Notes: generated from the letters alone by a model not told the origin. DNA of 64,000 nt from a bacterium (GCA_029778565.1 JAKOQC010000187.1:2615-66614), one strand, 5' to 3'. Positions 27,517-37,461 are shown, counted from the first letter of the stretch. Numbers and translations: made by a program.

Positions 27517-28119
27517 ATGCAAGAAAGCCAAGCCAATAACAAATCTTCTCAAAATCGATATTTTGTCGAGCTTATTGCTCGCGCACAAGACGGCGATGAA
27601 GATGCTTTTGAGGAGCTCTATAATGAATATTTTACTCGGCTATATCGATATGTTTTGATACGAGTTGGTAGTGACGACGAAGCAGACGATATTACCCAGT
27701 TGGTGTTTCTAAAGTTTTACAAAAATCTTACCAATTGGCGCGACCAGGGCTATGATCCTTCGGCATACCTCTACACCATAGCAAGGAGTGTAATTGCAGA
27801 CTATTTTCGCTCGAAAGCACGTAAGGGCAAGAAAGTAGAAAGTTCTGATGCGGTTTTGGAAATTATTGCTGATCCGTCACAAAATTTACAGGCCGGCGTT
27901 ATATCTAATGAAGAGAAGGCGAATTTATATACAGCCCTTCAGCAACTTCCCGAAAACTATCAAGAAGCATTGCTTTTGCGCTACATGGAAAATCTATCAA
28001 GCAAAGAAATAGCACAAATAATTGGCAAAAGTGATGTAGCTACGCGAAAATTGCTCAGTCGTGCTGTAGCAGCATTAACAGAAATAATGCAATTACAAAG
28101 CAAGGAAAATGAAGTATGA
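27517..28119 (+). CDS. ECF-type sigma-70 factor
   Basis: Region 2 (FEELYNEYFTRLYRYV) and region 4 HTH (LSSKEIAQIIGKSDVATRKLLSRA). Confidence 0.8.
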   Translation: MQESQANNKSSQNRYFVELIARAQDGDEDAFEELYNEYFTRLYRYVLIRVGSDDEADDITQLVFLKFYKNLTNWRDQGYDPSAYLYTIARSVIADYFRSKARKGKKVESSDAVLEIIADPSQNLQAGVISNEEKANLYTALQQLPENYQEALLLRYMENLSSKEIAQIIGKSDVATRKLLSRAVAALTEIMQLQSKENEV

Positions 28120-28592
28120 AGTCAACACAAGAAGATAGGGCCGAACAAAACGCACAACAATTGCGAGAGTTTTCTCGTATCTCGCCCAATAAGCGCTCTC
28201 TATTGCGAGATATTGTTAACTCAGCCCCAAGTAATATTAGTCGAGATAACCGACTAGACAATTATTTTGCCGCCGAAAATGAGCAACCTCAAACGACTGG
28301 TTTAGCCAAACGACCATTGTTTCGAGCGTATGCCGGTATAGCAGTAGCTCTGGTGTTGGTTGTTGGCGGTAGTATAGTTTGGTTTGGTCGACAAAGCAGA
28401 ACTTCAGACACACAAAATCAGTCATCACAAGTTGCGGCAAATGGTAAGGTAGCCAATGCTATTAATGCAATTACTCAGCAGGCACAAACAGAATTACAAA
28501 CGGCTCAAACTGCAACTATAGACACTGCAAATTTGGATGCAGTTAATACACAGCTTGGGCAAATGCAGGAGGCAGTAAATGAAAAATTTTAG
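28116..28592 (+). CDS. putative anti-sigma factor (single-pass membrane protein)
   Basis: Coupled by a 4-nt overlap to the ECF sigma. Cytoplasmic N-terminus, one TM helix, Q/T-rich ectodomain. Confidence 0.4.
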   Translation: MKSTQEDRAEQNAQQLREFSRISPNKRSLLRDIVNSAPSNISRDNRLDNYFAAENEQPQTTGLAKRPLFRAYAGIAVALVLVVGGSIVWFGRQSRTSDTQNQSSQVAANGKVANAINAITQQAQTELQTAQTATIDTANLDAVNTQLGQMQEAVNEKF

Positions 28593-29367
28593 TAAAAAAT
28601 TAGTAACCAGTATAGTGACTATTCTAATTACTTTATCTAGCGGTATGACTGCTGCACTACCCGTAAGGGCTGCTAATTCCGAAACCATTCCCGCTGCGCC
28701 ACTGTTTTGCAGTAGTCTAAATACTATTGGTTCACAGATAGAATTAAAACTAAATAACGTTTCTAAACAGTCGCTACCAAATATATATGATCCCACACGT
28801 TTGTCTAACCGTCATTCTGCTATAAAAAAAGAGCTGGCAGAAAAACGTGCGCAGTGGGATAACCAACGAGATGAGCAGTACAACAAGATGTTATCGTTAG
28901 CACAAAATGATGCACAAAAAGCCGCTATTGAGTCATTTAAAACAAGCGTAGAGACTGCAATACTTGTGAGACGTAATAGTGTAGACAATGCAATTAGTGT
29001 ATATTTTAGTCAGACGTCAGATGAGTTAAGTAGTGAGTCTACACAACCCACTAAAGATCGCCAAGATTTTATAACTGCTGTTAAAAATGCTATAACTACT
29101 GCTCAGTCAGATTGTCAAACTAACAAGCCAGCCAGTGAAATTCGTTCGACATTTCAGACGAATCTTTCAGCTGCTCGTACTCGGCTTCAAACCTCAAGAC
29201 AAAATATAGGTGAGATTAAGACACAACTCGAAAATATTCGTAAGCAAGAGGTGCAGAGTATCAATGAAGCAGTTACTGTGTTTCAAGAAAGTATGACTAA
29301 GGCTCGCCAAACACTTATAGATGAATTAAAAAAATCAGGGGCTAACACGGACCAGTTTGCTATTTAA
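28579..29367 (+). CDS. secreted hypothetical protein (signal peptide, helical, Q/S/T-rich)
   Basis: Signal peptide ...ALPVRA-AN. No recognisable domain. Confidence 0.45.
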   Translation: MKNFSKKLVTSIVTILITLSSGMTAALPVRAANSETIPAAPLFCSSLNTIGSQIELKLNNVSKQSLPNIYDPTRLSNRHSAIKKELAEKRAQWDNQRDEQYNKMLSLAQNDAQKAAIESFKTSVETAILVRRNSVDNAISVYFSQTSDELSSESTQPTKDRQDFITAVKNAITTAQSDCQTNKPASEIRSTFQTNLSAARTRLQTSRQNIGEIKTQLENIRKQEVQSINEAVTVFQESMTKARQTLIDELKKSGANTDQFAI

Positions 29368-29412
29368 ATCTGATAACCGGCATAATTTTGTTTTTTACGC
29401 TACAATAAGGAT

Positions 29413-29976
29413 ATGAAGAACCGTATTGTGATTGGAATAGCTGGTCATCCCTCTGGAGGAAAGGATACTGTTGCACGGTATTTAGTAAAAAAATATGGCT
29501 TTGTACATATTTCTACAAGCGATATTTTGCGCCAATATATAAAAGATCATCAATTAGGTGATCTCAGTCGCGAAAATATGAACAAGGTTGTTACAAAACT
29601 GCGCCAGCAATTTGGGACCGATTTTTTAGTACGCGACATTTTAGATACTAATAAAGATAGTAAGCTGGTTTTGAGCGGATTGCGCAGTAGTGGAGAAGCC
29701 AAGGCTATTATTGCTGTTGGTGGAATTTTGGTAGCGGTGGATGCCAGCTTACAAGTTCGGTATAAACGGGCGCTGCAACGGGGTAGAATTGGTGAGAACA
29801 TTAGCTTTGATGAATTTGTAAAAGAACAAGAAAAAGAAGATAATCCTCATAATCCAAATGCACCAAGTGTTGCATCAGTAACTTCGGTAGCACAAGAACA
29901 TATCGATAATTCTAGTACTCGGGCGCATACGCACGCACAGGTTGATGCATTAATGAAGCGTTTAAACATTTCATAA
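29413..29976 (+). CDS. P-loop kinase of the dephospho-CoA-kinase/adenylate-kinase-like (archaeal UPF0200-type) family
   Basis: IGIAGHPSGGKDTVARYL P-loop and overall pattern resemble archaeal UPF0200 proteins. Assigned from memory. Confidence 0.5.
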   Translation: MKNRIVIGIAGHPSGGKDTVARYLVKKYGFVHISTSDILRQYIKDHQLGDLSRENMNKVVTKLRQQFGTDFLVRDILDTNKDSKLVLSGLRSSGEAKAIIAVGGILVAVDASLQVRYKRALQRGRIGENISFDEFVKEQEKEDNPHNPNAPSVASVTSVAQEHIDNSSTRAHTHAQVDALMKRLNIS

Positions 29977-30028
29977 ACAGGTTCCTCACTTGCTTCTATA
30001 GTGCTAATGGTTATACTAGGTAGTAAGT

Positions 30029-31348
30029 ATGAAACCCCAAAATAATTCAATACTGCGAATTTATGGCATATTTATTGCTGTATCGATAATTTGTTTTGGG
30101 GGAATAATTGCAGGATTTGTATTTCAGAGCCAAGTAATTTTTTGGCTGTCATTATTGTTTTTCGCAACACTGGGGATTGTGCGCATACTTATTATTATTC
30201 ATTCCTTACAATTAGCCAACAAAAACCAAGAGCAGCGTAACAATAACCTCAGTAAAGAACAGGCACAGCTACAAGCTCTTATAAATAGTCTAGGAGAGGC
30301 AATCTTAGCGGTTAATACAAGTGGCGAGGTTACGTTGTTTAACGCTGCAGCACTAGAACTGATTGACTCGCACACAGAGCTTATAGGTAAAAAAATCAAT
30401 TCGGTTTTTCCCCTAATTGATAGTAAAAACCAGCCAGCGGATGTACTCGATTCGGTAATGACAGCAGGCAAAATTAGTGTACGTGATGATTTACGTGTGG
30501 TGCTACCCAAGGCAGATCCAATCGAAGTGTATACCATGGTTACACCAATTAATCAGTCTGGTGAGATAGTTGGGGCAATTATTCTGGCGCGCGATGTTTC
30601 GCAACAAAAGTCATTACAAGCCCAAAAAGACGAATTCTTAAGCGTGGTTAGCCACGAATTACGCACACCAGTAGCGATAGTTGAGGCTGATTTGTCTACA
30701 GTACTTTTACCGGGGTATGCCGATTTACCAGAAAAAGCGAAAAAACTCCTTCATTCTGCAGCTCAGAATATTACGTATCTTTCGGGGCTGTTACAAGATA
30801 TTTCCGATCTTTCTCATGCGGAGCGACATATGTTGGATGTTGAATTACAAACTGTTGACATCCAAAAACTTGCCAAAGAGTTAGCTGATGATTTTTCTAC
30901 TCGCGCTCAAAAAGCCAAGCTCGAATTTAAACTTGATATTGATCCAAATACACCATCAATCGTTAGTTCGACGCAGAGAATTACTGAGATTATTGTTAAC
31001 TTTTTGACCAATGCTATTAAGTATAGTAGCGGAGTTGGAAAAACAGTTACATTACATGTAGGGCCATCTAACCAACTCCCGGGTGGAGTGGTTGTTGAAG
31101 TGAAAGATGAGGGTTTGGGTATTTCAGAGGCTGATCAAGCCAAATTATTTACCAAATTCTTTCGATCTAGCAGTGACGCCGTACAGGCAATAAAAGGTAC
31201 CGGTATGGGGCTATATATTACCACTCAGCAGGCGAAAAAAATTGGTGGAGAAATACACCTAGAAAGTCAGCTAGGAAAAGGAAGTACGTTTTACCTCGTA
31301 TTACCAAGCAAGGTACCGGCTAACCTCATTAGTAGGACGATGAGTTAA
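30029..31348 (+). CDS. sensor histidine kinase (2 TM, PAS, HisKA, HATPase_c)
   Basis: H-box VSHELRTPV. G-boxes KDEGLGIS and GTGMGLYI. Confidence 0.8.
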   Translation: MKPQNNSILRIYGIFIAVSIICFGGIIAGFVFQSQVIFWLSLLFFATLGIVRILIIIHSLQLANKNQEQRNNNLSKEQAQLQALINSLGEAILAVNTSGEVTLFNAAALELIDSHTELIGKKINSVFPLIDSKNQPADVLDSVMTAGKISVRDDLRVVLPKADPIEVYTMVTPINQSGEIVGAIILARDVSQQKSLQAQKDEFLSVVSHELRTPVAIVEADLSTVLLPGYADLPEKAKKLLHSAAQNITYLSGLLQDISDLSHAERHMLDVELQTVDIQKLAKELADDFSTRAQKAKLEFKLDIDPNTPSIVSSTQRITEIIVNFLTNAIKYSSGVGKTVTLHVGPSNQLPGGVVVEVKDEGLGISEADQAKLFTKFFRSSSDAVQAIKGTGMGLYITTQQAKKIGGEIHLESQLGKGSTFYLVLPSKVPANLISRTMS

Positions 31349-33360
31349 AATGCCTCGGTTCTATTTTGCCAACGTGGTTTTAAGAGTTCATACTCTATCA
31401 TAGAACCAAAAAGTAGTAATAACTCTATGGTGCAGCCCAGCGGAAACAGGAGAGTAGAGACAATGCTCTGCCGAGAAGAGATCGTAATAATTAATCGATT
31501 AATATAACTTAATAAAACTGCAGCCGCTAGAATAAATACACCCTCATACATACCAAATATTAAGAGTATAACAAGCAGCAGGGTGGGTAATACAAATGCA
31601 ATAAAGCCGCCCAAAAGCAAACACACCGTAAGTGGCATAGAAAAATGTAGAGCTGGGTAAAATCGGCGAAGATTACCACTGACAATCAAACGACTACTGG
31701 CATGATTCTGACTCGTAGCTACATCAGACCCAAGATAAAAACCGGTATCGAGTTTTTTCATTTTAGCTGCCGCAGCTAGATCAAAATCTTCTAAAGGACT
31801 CTTGCGAACTAGAGAGAATCCTCCCATGGCTTCAATGCTCGAGCGTAAAAAAGCTACCAAGCTCGAGCTAGCATTGGCGACTTTCGGATGGGTACGGGCA
31901 AGTAGGGCAGAAGGATATGCTCCAAGCATAAAGAAATGATTTTGACTAAGGATAAGTTGTTGGCCAAGACTCTTGTTTTGATCTGCCGGCAAGACCGAAA
32001 CCAAACTTTTCTTTTGTTCATTAATAAGTCCTACCAAAATAGAGAGAGCTTTTGGTAGAAGTACAGTATCTGCAGAAATTAAGACTATTACTTCACCACT
32101 AGCCTTTTCTAGTAACGCCTCGGCAGCCCAAGAGTGGATTGTCCAGCCTGGCTTGCGAGGTGGAATATCAATAATTTGCAAACGGGGGTCTTGAAATCCT
32201 TCAAGTATTTTTGCGGTATTATCACTCGAGCCAAGATCGGCCATAATAATTTCAAAGTTAGGATAATCTTGTCCTACTGCTGCAAGCAAAGTAGAAGATA
32301 TATTATCTGCTTGGTTGTAGGTGTAGGCAAGAATAGATACCATGGGGAGTTCGCTGTGCGGTTTGGTTTTTGGCCGGCGGAATTTTACTAAATTATATAT
32401 AGTAAGAACTAATTGGAGTATAAACAAACAGAGCAAAAAGCCACCAAAAAGAGTTATATATTTATCACTCACATTAAAGGGGTCATAGACATATAAGAGT
32501 AGTTGAGATAAAAAGAATCCAACCAAAATATTAAGCCACATAAAATTCTTCCACGCTCTCCGAAATTGCATACTGTGGGCATCAGATCGGAACTTATAAA
32601 AAAAGCTCATATTTAGTGCATAGAGCGAGAGAAAGATAGCGGCAACAAGGCCATAAGGGAAATATGCAATAGCTACAATAAGACAGGTTAGAACGTAGAG
32701 CCAAAAGCTGTAACGGGTTGTTCTTTTAGCACCCATTACCGTGGCAATTGAGGCAATATTGGCAGCTCTATCTGGCTTGATATCTTGAATAGAACCCATC
32801 GCTTGCGATGCCATACCCCATAACATAAAGGCTATAATTGCTGGCCAATACATATTGGTTGTATTACCATACAGCAATCCAAAGATGAGCGGGCTTACAA
32901 AATGCAAAGCAGAGTTAATAGAATCTAAAAACGGAATTTCTTTAAACCTGAATGGTTTGGCAGAGTAGGTAAAACAAAAAAGAACAGTTAAGCCCAACAT
33001 TATTCTGGCGACGTTGCTGCTTGAATACAGCAAGTAACCAAGAAATGGAATATTCGCTGCAGCTATTACCAGCCACAGGGCTTGATGTTTTTTCTTATCA
33101 ACCAGACCTCCTTCGACAGAATTTTTCCGTGGATTTTTAATATCCGATTCGTAGTCATATATATCATTGATACCATAGAGTAGTAAATTGTAAGCAAACA
33201 AAAAATAGAGTGTGCCAAGAATAAATTCAAGATTGATAGTTCTGGCCGCCAGTAAATATCCAACCGCAAATGGTGCAGCAGTATTTATCCAGCTAACCGG
33301 ACGACTGGTAGCAAAAATCTCACGTATGGTAAGCTGAGAGTTATTTTTTTCGCTCTTCAT
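31345..33360 (-). CDS. fusion protein: UbiA-family prenyltransferase (lycopene elongase CrtEb-like) plus family-2 glycosyltransferase (CrtX-like) plus C-terminal TM helices
   Basis: N-terminal 290 aa carries NDIYDYESD (NDxxDxxxD) and DIKPD, with about 8 TM helices. Residues 340-560 show GT2 motifs (VSILAYTYNQ...EIIMADLGSSDNT). It is last in the crtYe-crtYf-crtEb order. Confidence 0.6.
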   Translation of the reverse strand: MKSEKNNSQLTIREIFATSRPVSWINTAAPFAVGYLLAARTINLEFILGTLYFLFAYNLLLYGINDIYDYESDIKNPRKNSVEGGLVDKKKHQALWLVIAAANIPFLGYLLYSSSNVARIMLGLTVLFCFTYSAKPFRFKEIPFLDSINSALHFVSPLIFGLLYGNTTNMYWPAIIAFMLWGMASQAMGSIQDIKPDRAANIASIATVMGAKRTTRYSFWLYVLTCLIVAIAYFPYGLVAAIFLSLYALNMSFFYKFRSDAHSMQFRRAWKNFMWLNILVGFFLSQLLLYVYDPFNVSDKYITLFGGFLLCLFILQLVLTIYNLVKFRRPKTKPHSELPMVSILAYTYNQADNISSTLLAAVGQDYPNFEIIMADLGSSDNTAKILEGFQDPRLQIIDIPPRKPGWTIHSWAAEALLEKASGEVIVLISADTVLLPKALSILVGLINEQKKSLVSVLPADQNKSLGQQLILSQNHFFMLGAYPSALLARTHPKVANASSSLVAFLRSSIEAMGGFSLVRKSPLEDFDLAAAAKMKKLDTGFYLGSDVATSQNHASSRLIVSGNLRRFYPALHFSMPLTVCLLLGGFIAFVLPTLLLVILLIFGMYEGVFILAAAVLLSYINRLIITISSRQSIVSTLLFPLGCTIELLLLFGSMIEYELLKPRWQNRTEAF

Positions 33361-33646
33361 TTTGTATAAATCTTTCCAGTAAGGCCGGGCCTAGTAAAAC
33401 AACGACCAACAAATAGCCAAAGTCTTCGATTGGTATCGAGCCAATTCGAATGCCCAAAACCAAGTTCTTATTATACTCTACAATTGGTAATGCAGTCAGG
33501 TAAGTATCGAAAATCAGCATTGCGATTGTTAGTATCAGCACTAATAACAACAAAACATTTCGCTTGGGTAGTTGAAGTTTTAGCAATAAAAAAAGTGATA
33601 CAGAAAAGAGTAGAAGAATAATAATAAGACTACTATATTTAAACAT
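33341..33646 (-). CDS. lycopene cyclase-domain protein (heterodimeric CrtYf/CrtYd-like subunit)
   Basis: 101 aa, three TM helices, and the PxE(D/E) motif IPIEDFGY. Confidence 0.55.
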   Translation of the reverse strand: MFKYSSLIIILLLFSVSLFLLLKLQLPKRNVLLLLVLILTIAMLIFDTYLTALPIVEYNKNLVLGIRIGSIPIEDFGYLLVVVLLGPALLERFIQNEERKK

Positions 33647-33974
33647 TACTACCTTTCTGCTGTAGGCTTATCAAGCGATAAACTATTAAGGTTACATAAC
33701 TTAATAAGAAAAGGAAAACCAGCTCTTCTATTGGTAGGTTTGGCGAGATAATATGTAACCCAGTTACATAGCGTTGATTGGTGAAAAAAATGTCCAGTTT
33801 TATACCGGCTATGTCGGCCAAAAGGAGAATAGTAATGAGAATAAGAATGGTTTTTATGGCAGCTTTGGCGTGATAAAAGAATACAAGTTTGTATTTGGCA
33901 TCAGCGAAAAATAATCCACATACCCCGACTAACAAAAAGACAAGATAAAACCAATGTCTAGAGACAATATTCAT
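33639..33974 (-). CDS. lycopene cyclase-domain protein (heterodimeric CrtYe/CrtYc-like subunit)
   Basis: 111 aa, three TM helices, and the motif LPIEELVFLFL. Confidence 0.55.
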   Translation of the reverse strand: MNIVSRHWFYLVFLLVGVCGLFFADAKYKLVFFYHAKAAIKTILILITILLLADIAGIKLDIFFTNQRYVTGLHIISPNLPIEELVFLFLLSYVTLIVYRLISLQQKGSNV

Positions 33975-34028
33975 ATTAGTAATTATACGCTACCTAACTT
34001 TGTATAAGAGACGTGTTATGATAATTAA

Positions 34029-35516
34029 ATGAAAAAATCGGTTGCTATTATAGGTGGAGGTATAGGTGGGCTGTGCACTGCTGCACGCCTGCTTAAGAAC
34101 GGCTATGAGGTTACTATTTATGAAAAAGAAGACAAGGTGGGTGGCCGAGCCCATAGAATAGAAAAAGATGGTTACATCTTTGATACTGGACCGACACTGT
34201 TAATGATGACAGATGTACTTTACGATACCTTTGCCTATTGTGGCAAAAATTTTGATGACTATATTACACTGCTACAGCTCGAGCCGAATTACCGCGTAGC
34301 GTTTGGAGATAAAAGTACAATAACTGTCAGTAGTAATTTACCAAAATTTCAGGCAGAACTTGCTAAGTTTGATCCAAAAGCACCAGAACAATTTTTGCGC
34401 TTTTTTTCTGATATAGCCGAAATGTATCGAATTTCACGTGCTGACTTTATCGATAAAAATTTTAATTATATAACCGACTTTCTCAATCTTCGCTCGGGTA
34501 CTCAGCTCTTACGAAAACGTGGTTTATCAAAACTCTACCCATTCGTTTCGCGCTATTTTACCGATGAGCGTTTGCGACAATTATTTAGTTTTCAGAGCAT
34601 GTATCTTGGCGTGAGTCCATATGAGGCACCAGCAATTTATTCAATAGTGAGCTATATGGAAACCGGCCTGGGCATTTGGTACCCGAAAGGCGGTATGTAC
34701 TCGCTTAGTCTAGCATTACAAAAGCTAGTAAAAGATTTGGGAGGCAAGATAGAACTTACATCGCCAGTGAAACAGGTATGTATAGAAAACAAACGAGCGG
34801 TTGGTGTAGAACTAGAGACAGGTAAAATACAAAAAACCGATATTGTAATAGCCAATGCCGATCTGATTTATGCGTATAAAAATCTTATTCCTGCTAGCGC
34901 ACGTAAAAAAATGCCAGATACTCGTCTGGATAACTACAAACAAGCTAGTTCGGCGCTATTGTTCTACTGGGGTGTAGATGATGAATGCAAGGATATGTTG
35001 CATCATAATGTTTATCTGTGCAAAGATTTCAAGGCTAATCTAGAGGAAATTCTAACACAAAAGGTATTACCCAAAAACCCATCTTTTTATACATATATAC
35101 CAACCAAGACCGACCCCAGTCTGGCGCCAAAAGGCAAACAAGTATTTTATGTTTTAGTACCTGTACCTAATTTAGAGAGTAATGTTAATTGGGAAAAAGG
35201 GATCGCTAGAATTCGTAAACAAGTGTTGGCGCGTTTAAAGAGCGAATTTAACCTTGATATTGCAAATAAAATTACCACCGAAACCATCTTTACCCCCGAA
35301 GATTTTGCCCAGAAATTTAATCTCAGTAATGGTTCGGCGTTTGGATTGAGCCACCATTTCTTTCAATCGGGTGCTTTTCGCCCTCTTAACTTTAGTAAAG
35401 AGATAGCCGATATGTACTTTGTGGGTGCCAGTACATACCCCGGAGGCGGCATTCCAATGGTTACACTTAGCGCTAAGCTTGTAACAGAAAGAATTCTAAG
35501 CGATAATGGTCATTAA
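34029..35516 (+). CDS. crtI: phytoene desaturase
   Basis: FAD dinucleotide fold VAIIGGGIGGLCTAARL and CrtI-family length and pattern. Divergent from the crtY operon. Confidence 0.85.
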   Translation: MKKSVAIIGGGIGGLCTAARLLKNGYEVTIYEKEDKVGGRAHRIEKDGYIFDTGPTLLMMTDVLYDTFAYCGKNFDDYITLLQLEPNYRVAFGDKSTITVSSNLPKFQAELAKFDPKAPEQFLRFFSDIAEMYRISRADFIDKNFNYITDFLNLRSGTQLLRKRGLSKLYPFVSRYFTDERLRQLFSFQSMYLGVSPYEAPAIYSIVSYMETGLGIWYPKGGMYSLSLALQKLVKDLGGKIELTSPVKQVCIENKRAVGVELETGKIQKTDIVIANADLIYAYKNLIPASARKKMPDTRLDNYKQASSALLFYWGVDDECKDMLHHNVYLCKDFKANLEEILTQKVLPKNPSFYTYIPTKTDPSLAPKGKQVFYVLVPVPNLESNVNWEKGIARIRKQVLARLKSEFNLDIANKITTETIFTPEDFAQKFNLSNGSAFGLSHHFFQSGAFRPLNFSKEIADMYFVGASTYPGGGIPMVTLSAKLVTERILSDNGH

Positions 35517-35522
35517 TAAATT

Positions 35523-36599
35523 ATGGTAGATAAAAACTTAGTTGAGTTTATTGGCTATGTAAAAGACGAGACAGACAAACGTCTGGAGGAGATTTTTAAT
35601 ACTAAAATAGCTCGTGCTGCCGAGTTAGACAGTGAATATAAAAAATTATTGATCGAAACAAAAAAGCAAGTTTTACGTGGTGGTAAACGCTTACGGCCAG
35701 CCCTGGCTGTACTGGGCTACAAAATTGCCGGTGGCAAAAAAGTAGAGACCATGATTGATGCTGCTGTTGCCCTCGAGATTTTTCATAACTATTTGTTAAT
35801 ACATGACGATTTTATGGATAGAGATGACAGACGTCATGGTGGCCCCAATATTACCGGTGTATATAAGAAAAAACTCCAAAAAGTTGTTCAGCCGAGTAAC
35901 TTACAGCACATTGCTGACAGCCAAGCAATTCTAGCTGGTGATATTTGTTGCGGACTTAGTTATGAGGTTATAACCCAGACAGATTTTGACGCAGAGAGTA
36001 AGTTGCGTGCGGTTGATCGATTAAACCAGGCAGTTTTTGAAGTAGCCGCCGGCCAACAGCTCGATATTTTGGCAAGCTTTATGCAAAAAGTTTCAATGCG
36101 TCATATTCTTAAAATTAACTATTACAAAACAGCTGGCTATTCAGTAATAATGCCATTACAGTTTGGGGCAATTATGGCAGGTAATGGTAGTAAACTCCAT
36201 CCAATTATTGAAGAATATGGAGAGGGAGTAGGGATTGGGTATCAATTAGTTGATGACGTTATTGGAATGTTTGGGAGTGAAAGAGTAATAGGTAAGCCGG
36301 TAATTTCTGATTTGCGTGAAGGCAAACAAACATTGTTGTATTTTTATGGCATGGCACTCAGTGACGATACGCAAAAAGCATTTCTAGAAAAGTCTTTCCG
36401 TAACCCGAATGCGAATATGGCTATGCTAAAACAGGTTCGCGCTATTTTAGAAGATAATGGTGCTAAGGCTAAGACGCTTTTGCTAGCCAAATCTAAAGCC
36501 GATGAGGCCACGAAAATAGCACCCAAACTAACTAGCAATCCAGAGCTACAAAAGCTTCTTATCTCGTTTGCTAATTATTGTGTCGAGCGAAATTATTGA
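35523..36599 (+). CDS. crtE: polyprenyl (geranylgeranyl) diphosphate synthase
   Basis: First DDxxD (IHDDFMDRDD) and second (LVDDVIG) aspartate-rich motifs. Confidence 0.85.
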   Translation: MVDKNLVEFIGYVKDETDKRLEEIFNTKIARAAELDSEYKKLLIETKKQVLRGGKRLRPALAVLGYKIAGGKKVETMIDAAVALEIFHNYLLIHDDFMDRDDRRHGGPNITGVYKKKLQKVVQPSNLQHIADSQAILAGDICCGLSYEVITQTDFDAESKLRAVDRLNQAVFEVAAGQQLDILASFMQKVSMRHILKINYYKTAGYSVIMPLQFGAIMAGNGSKLHPIIEEYGEGVGIGYQLVDDVIGMFGSERVIGKPVISDLREGKQTLLYFYGMALSDDTQKAFLEKSFRNPNANMAMLKQVRAILEDNGAKAKTLLLAKSKADEATKIAPKLTSNPELQKLLISFANYCVERNY

Positions 36600-36600
36600 T

Positions 36601-37440
36601 ATGGACAACCAAAAAGTTTACAACCAGCTAGCCTATCAGACCAGCGGGCGAGTTACGGCTGCGTATTCTACATCGTTTTCTCTGGCTATAACCTTGGTAG
36701 ACAAATCTATGAGAGCGCATATTTATGCAGTATATGGCCTCGTTCGGCTGGCTGATGAAATAGTCGATAGTTTTCGTCCTCACGATGCACGACAATTACT
36801 CGAAAAACTTGAGCATGAATTATATGCTGCCTTAGATAGCGGGTATAGTACTAATCTCCTTATTCATTCATTTGCGAAGACTGCCAAAGCTTATCACTTC
36901 GAGCTTGGTCTCATTCGAGCATTTTTTGCAAGTATGCGTATGGATCTTACCAAAACAGAGTATACCCAAAAAGAATACCAAGACTATATTTATGGATCGG
37001 CCGAGGTAATTGGGCTTATGTGTCTGCATATTTTTACTGATAATGATAGTAAGCTGTATTCCAAGCTTCAACCATCTGCGCGGGCACTAGGTTCAGCATT
37101 TCAAAAAATTAATTTTTTGCGAGACATGGCTGCCGATCATAATCAGCTAGGGCGAATGTATTTTCCTGGAGTTAACTTTAAAACTATGAGCAATACTGAC
37201 AAACGAGCAATAGTTAGCGACATATCGCGAGATATTCAAAAAGCCAGACGTGGCTTGATAGGTTTGCCAAAAACAAGTCGCTATGGAGTATTGTTGGCGC
37301 TCTATTACTATGAAGCCTTAATAAAGAAGCTCGAGAGCAATTCAATAGAAATTATTAAGGCTAAACGCCTTCGCATAGCAAGTCTACACAAGCTTTGGCT
37401 ATATTCTTTAGTTCGGATACAAAAAGTCTTTAATATCTAA
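36601..37440 (+). CDS. crtB: phytoene synthase
   Basis: Squalene/phytoene synthase motifs YAVYGLVRLADEIVD and RDMAADHNQLGRMYFP. ATG at 36601 preferred over the overlapping 36568. Confidence 0.8.
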   Translation: MDNQKVYNQLAYQTSGRVTAAYSTSFSLAITLVDKSMRAHIYAVYGLVRLADEIVDSFRPHDARQLLEKLEHELYAALDSGYSTNLLIHSFAKTAKAYHFELGLIRAFFASMRMDLTKTEYTQKEYQDYIYGSAEVIGLMCLHIFTDNDSKLYSKLQPSARALGSAFQKINFLRDMAADHNQLGRMYFPGVNFKTMSNTDKRAIVSDISRDIQKARRGLIGLPKTSRYGVLLALYYYEALIKKLESNSIEIIKAKRLRIASLHKLWLYSLVRIQKVFNI

Positions 37441-37461
37441 GAAACCGAGTATAATGTAGCT

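Noticed and set aside
36568-36600. Track start of crtB at 36568, which overlaps crtE
   Set aside because: The ATG at 36601 directly follows the crtE stop and gives a normal phytoene synthase N-terminus.
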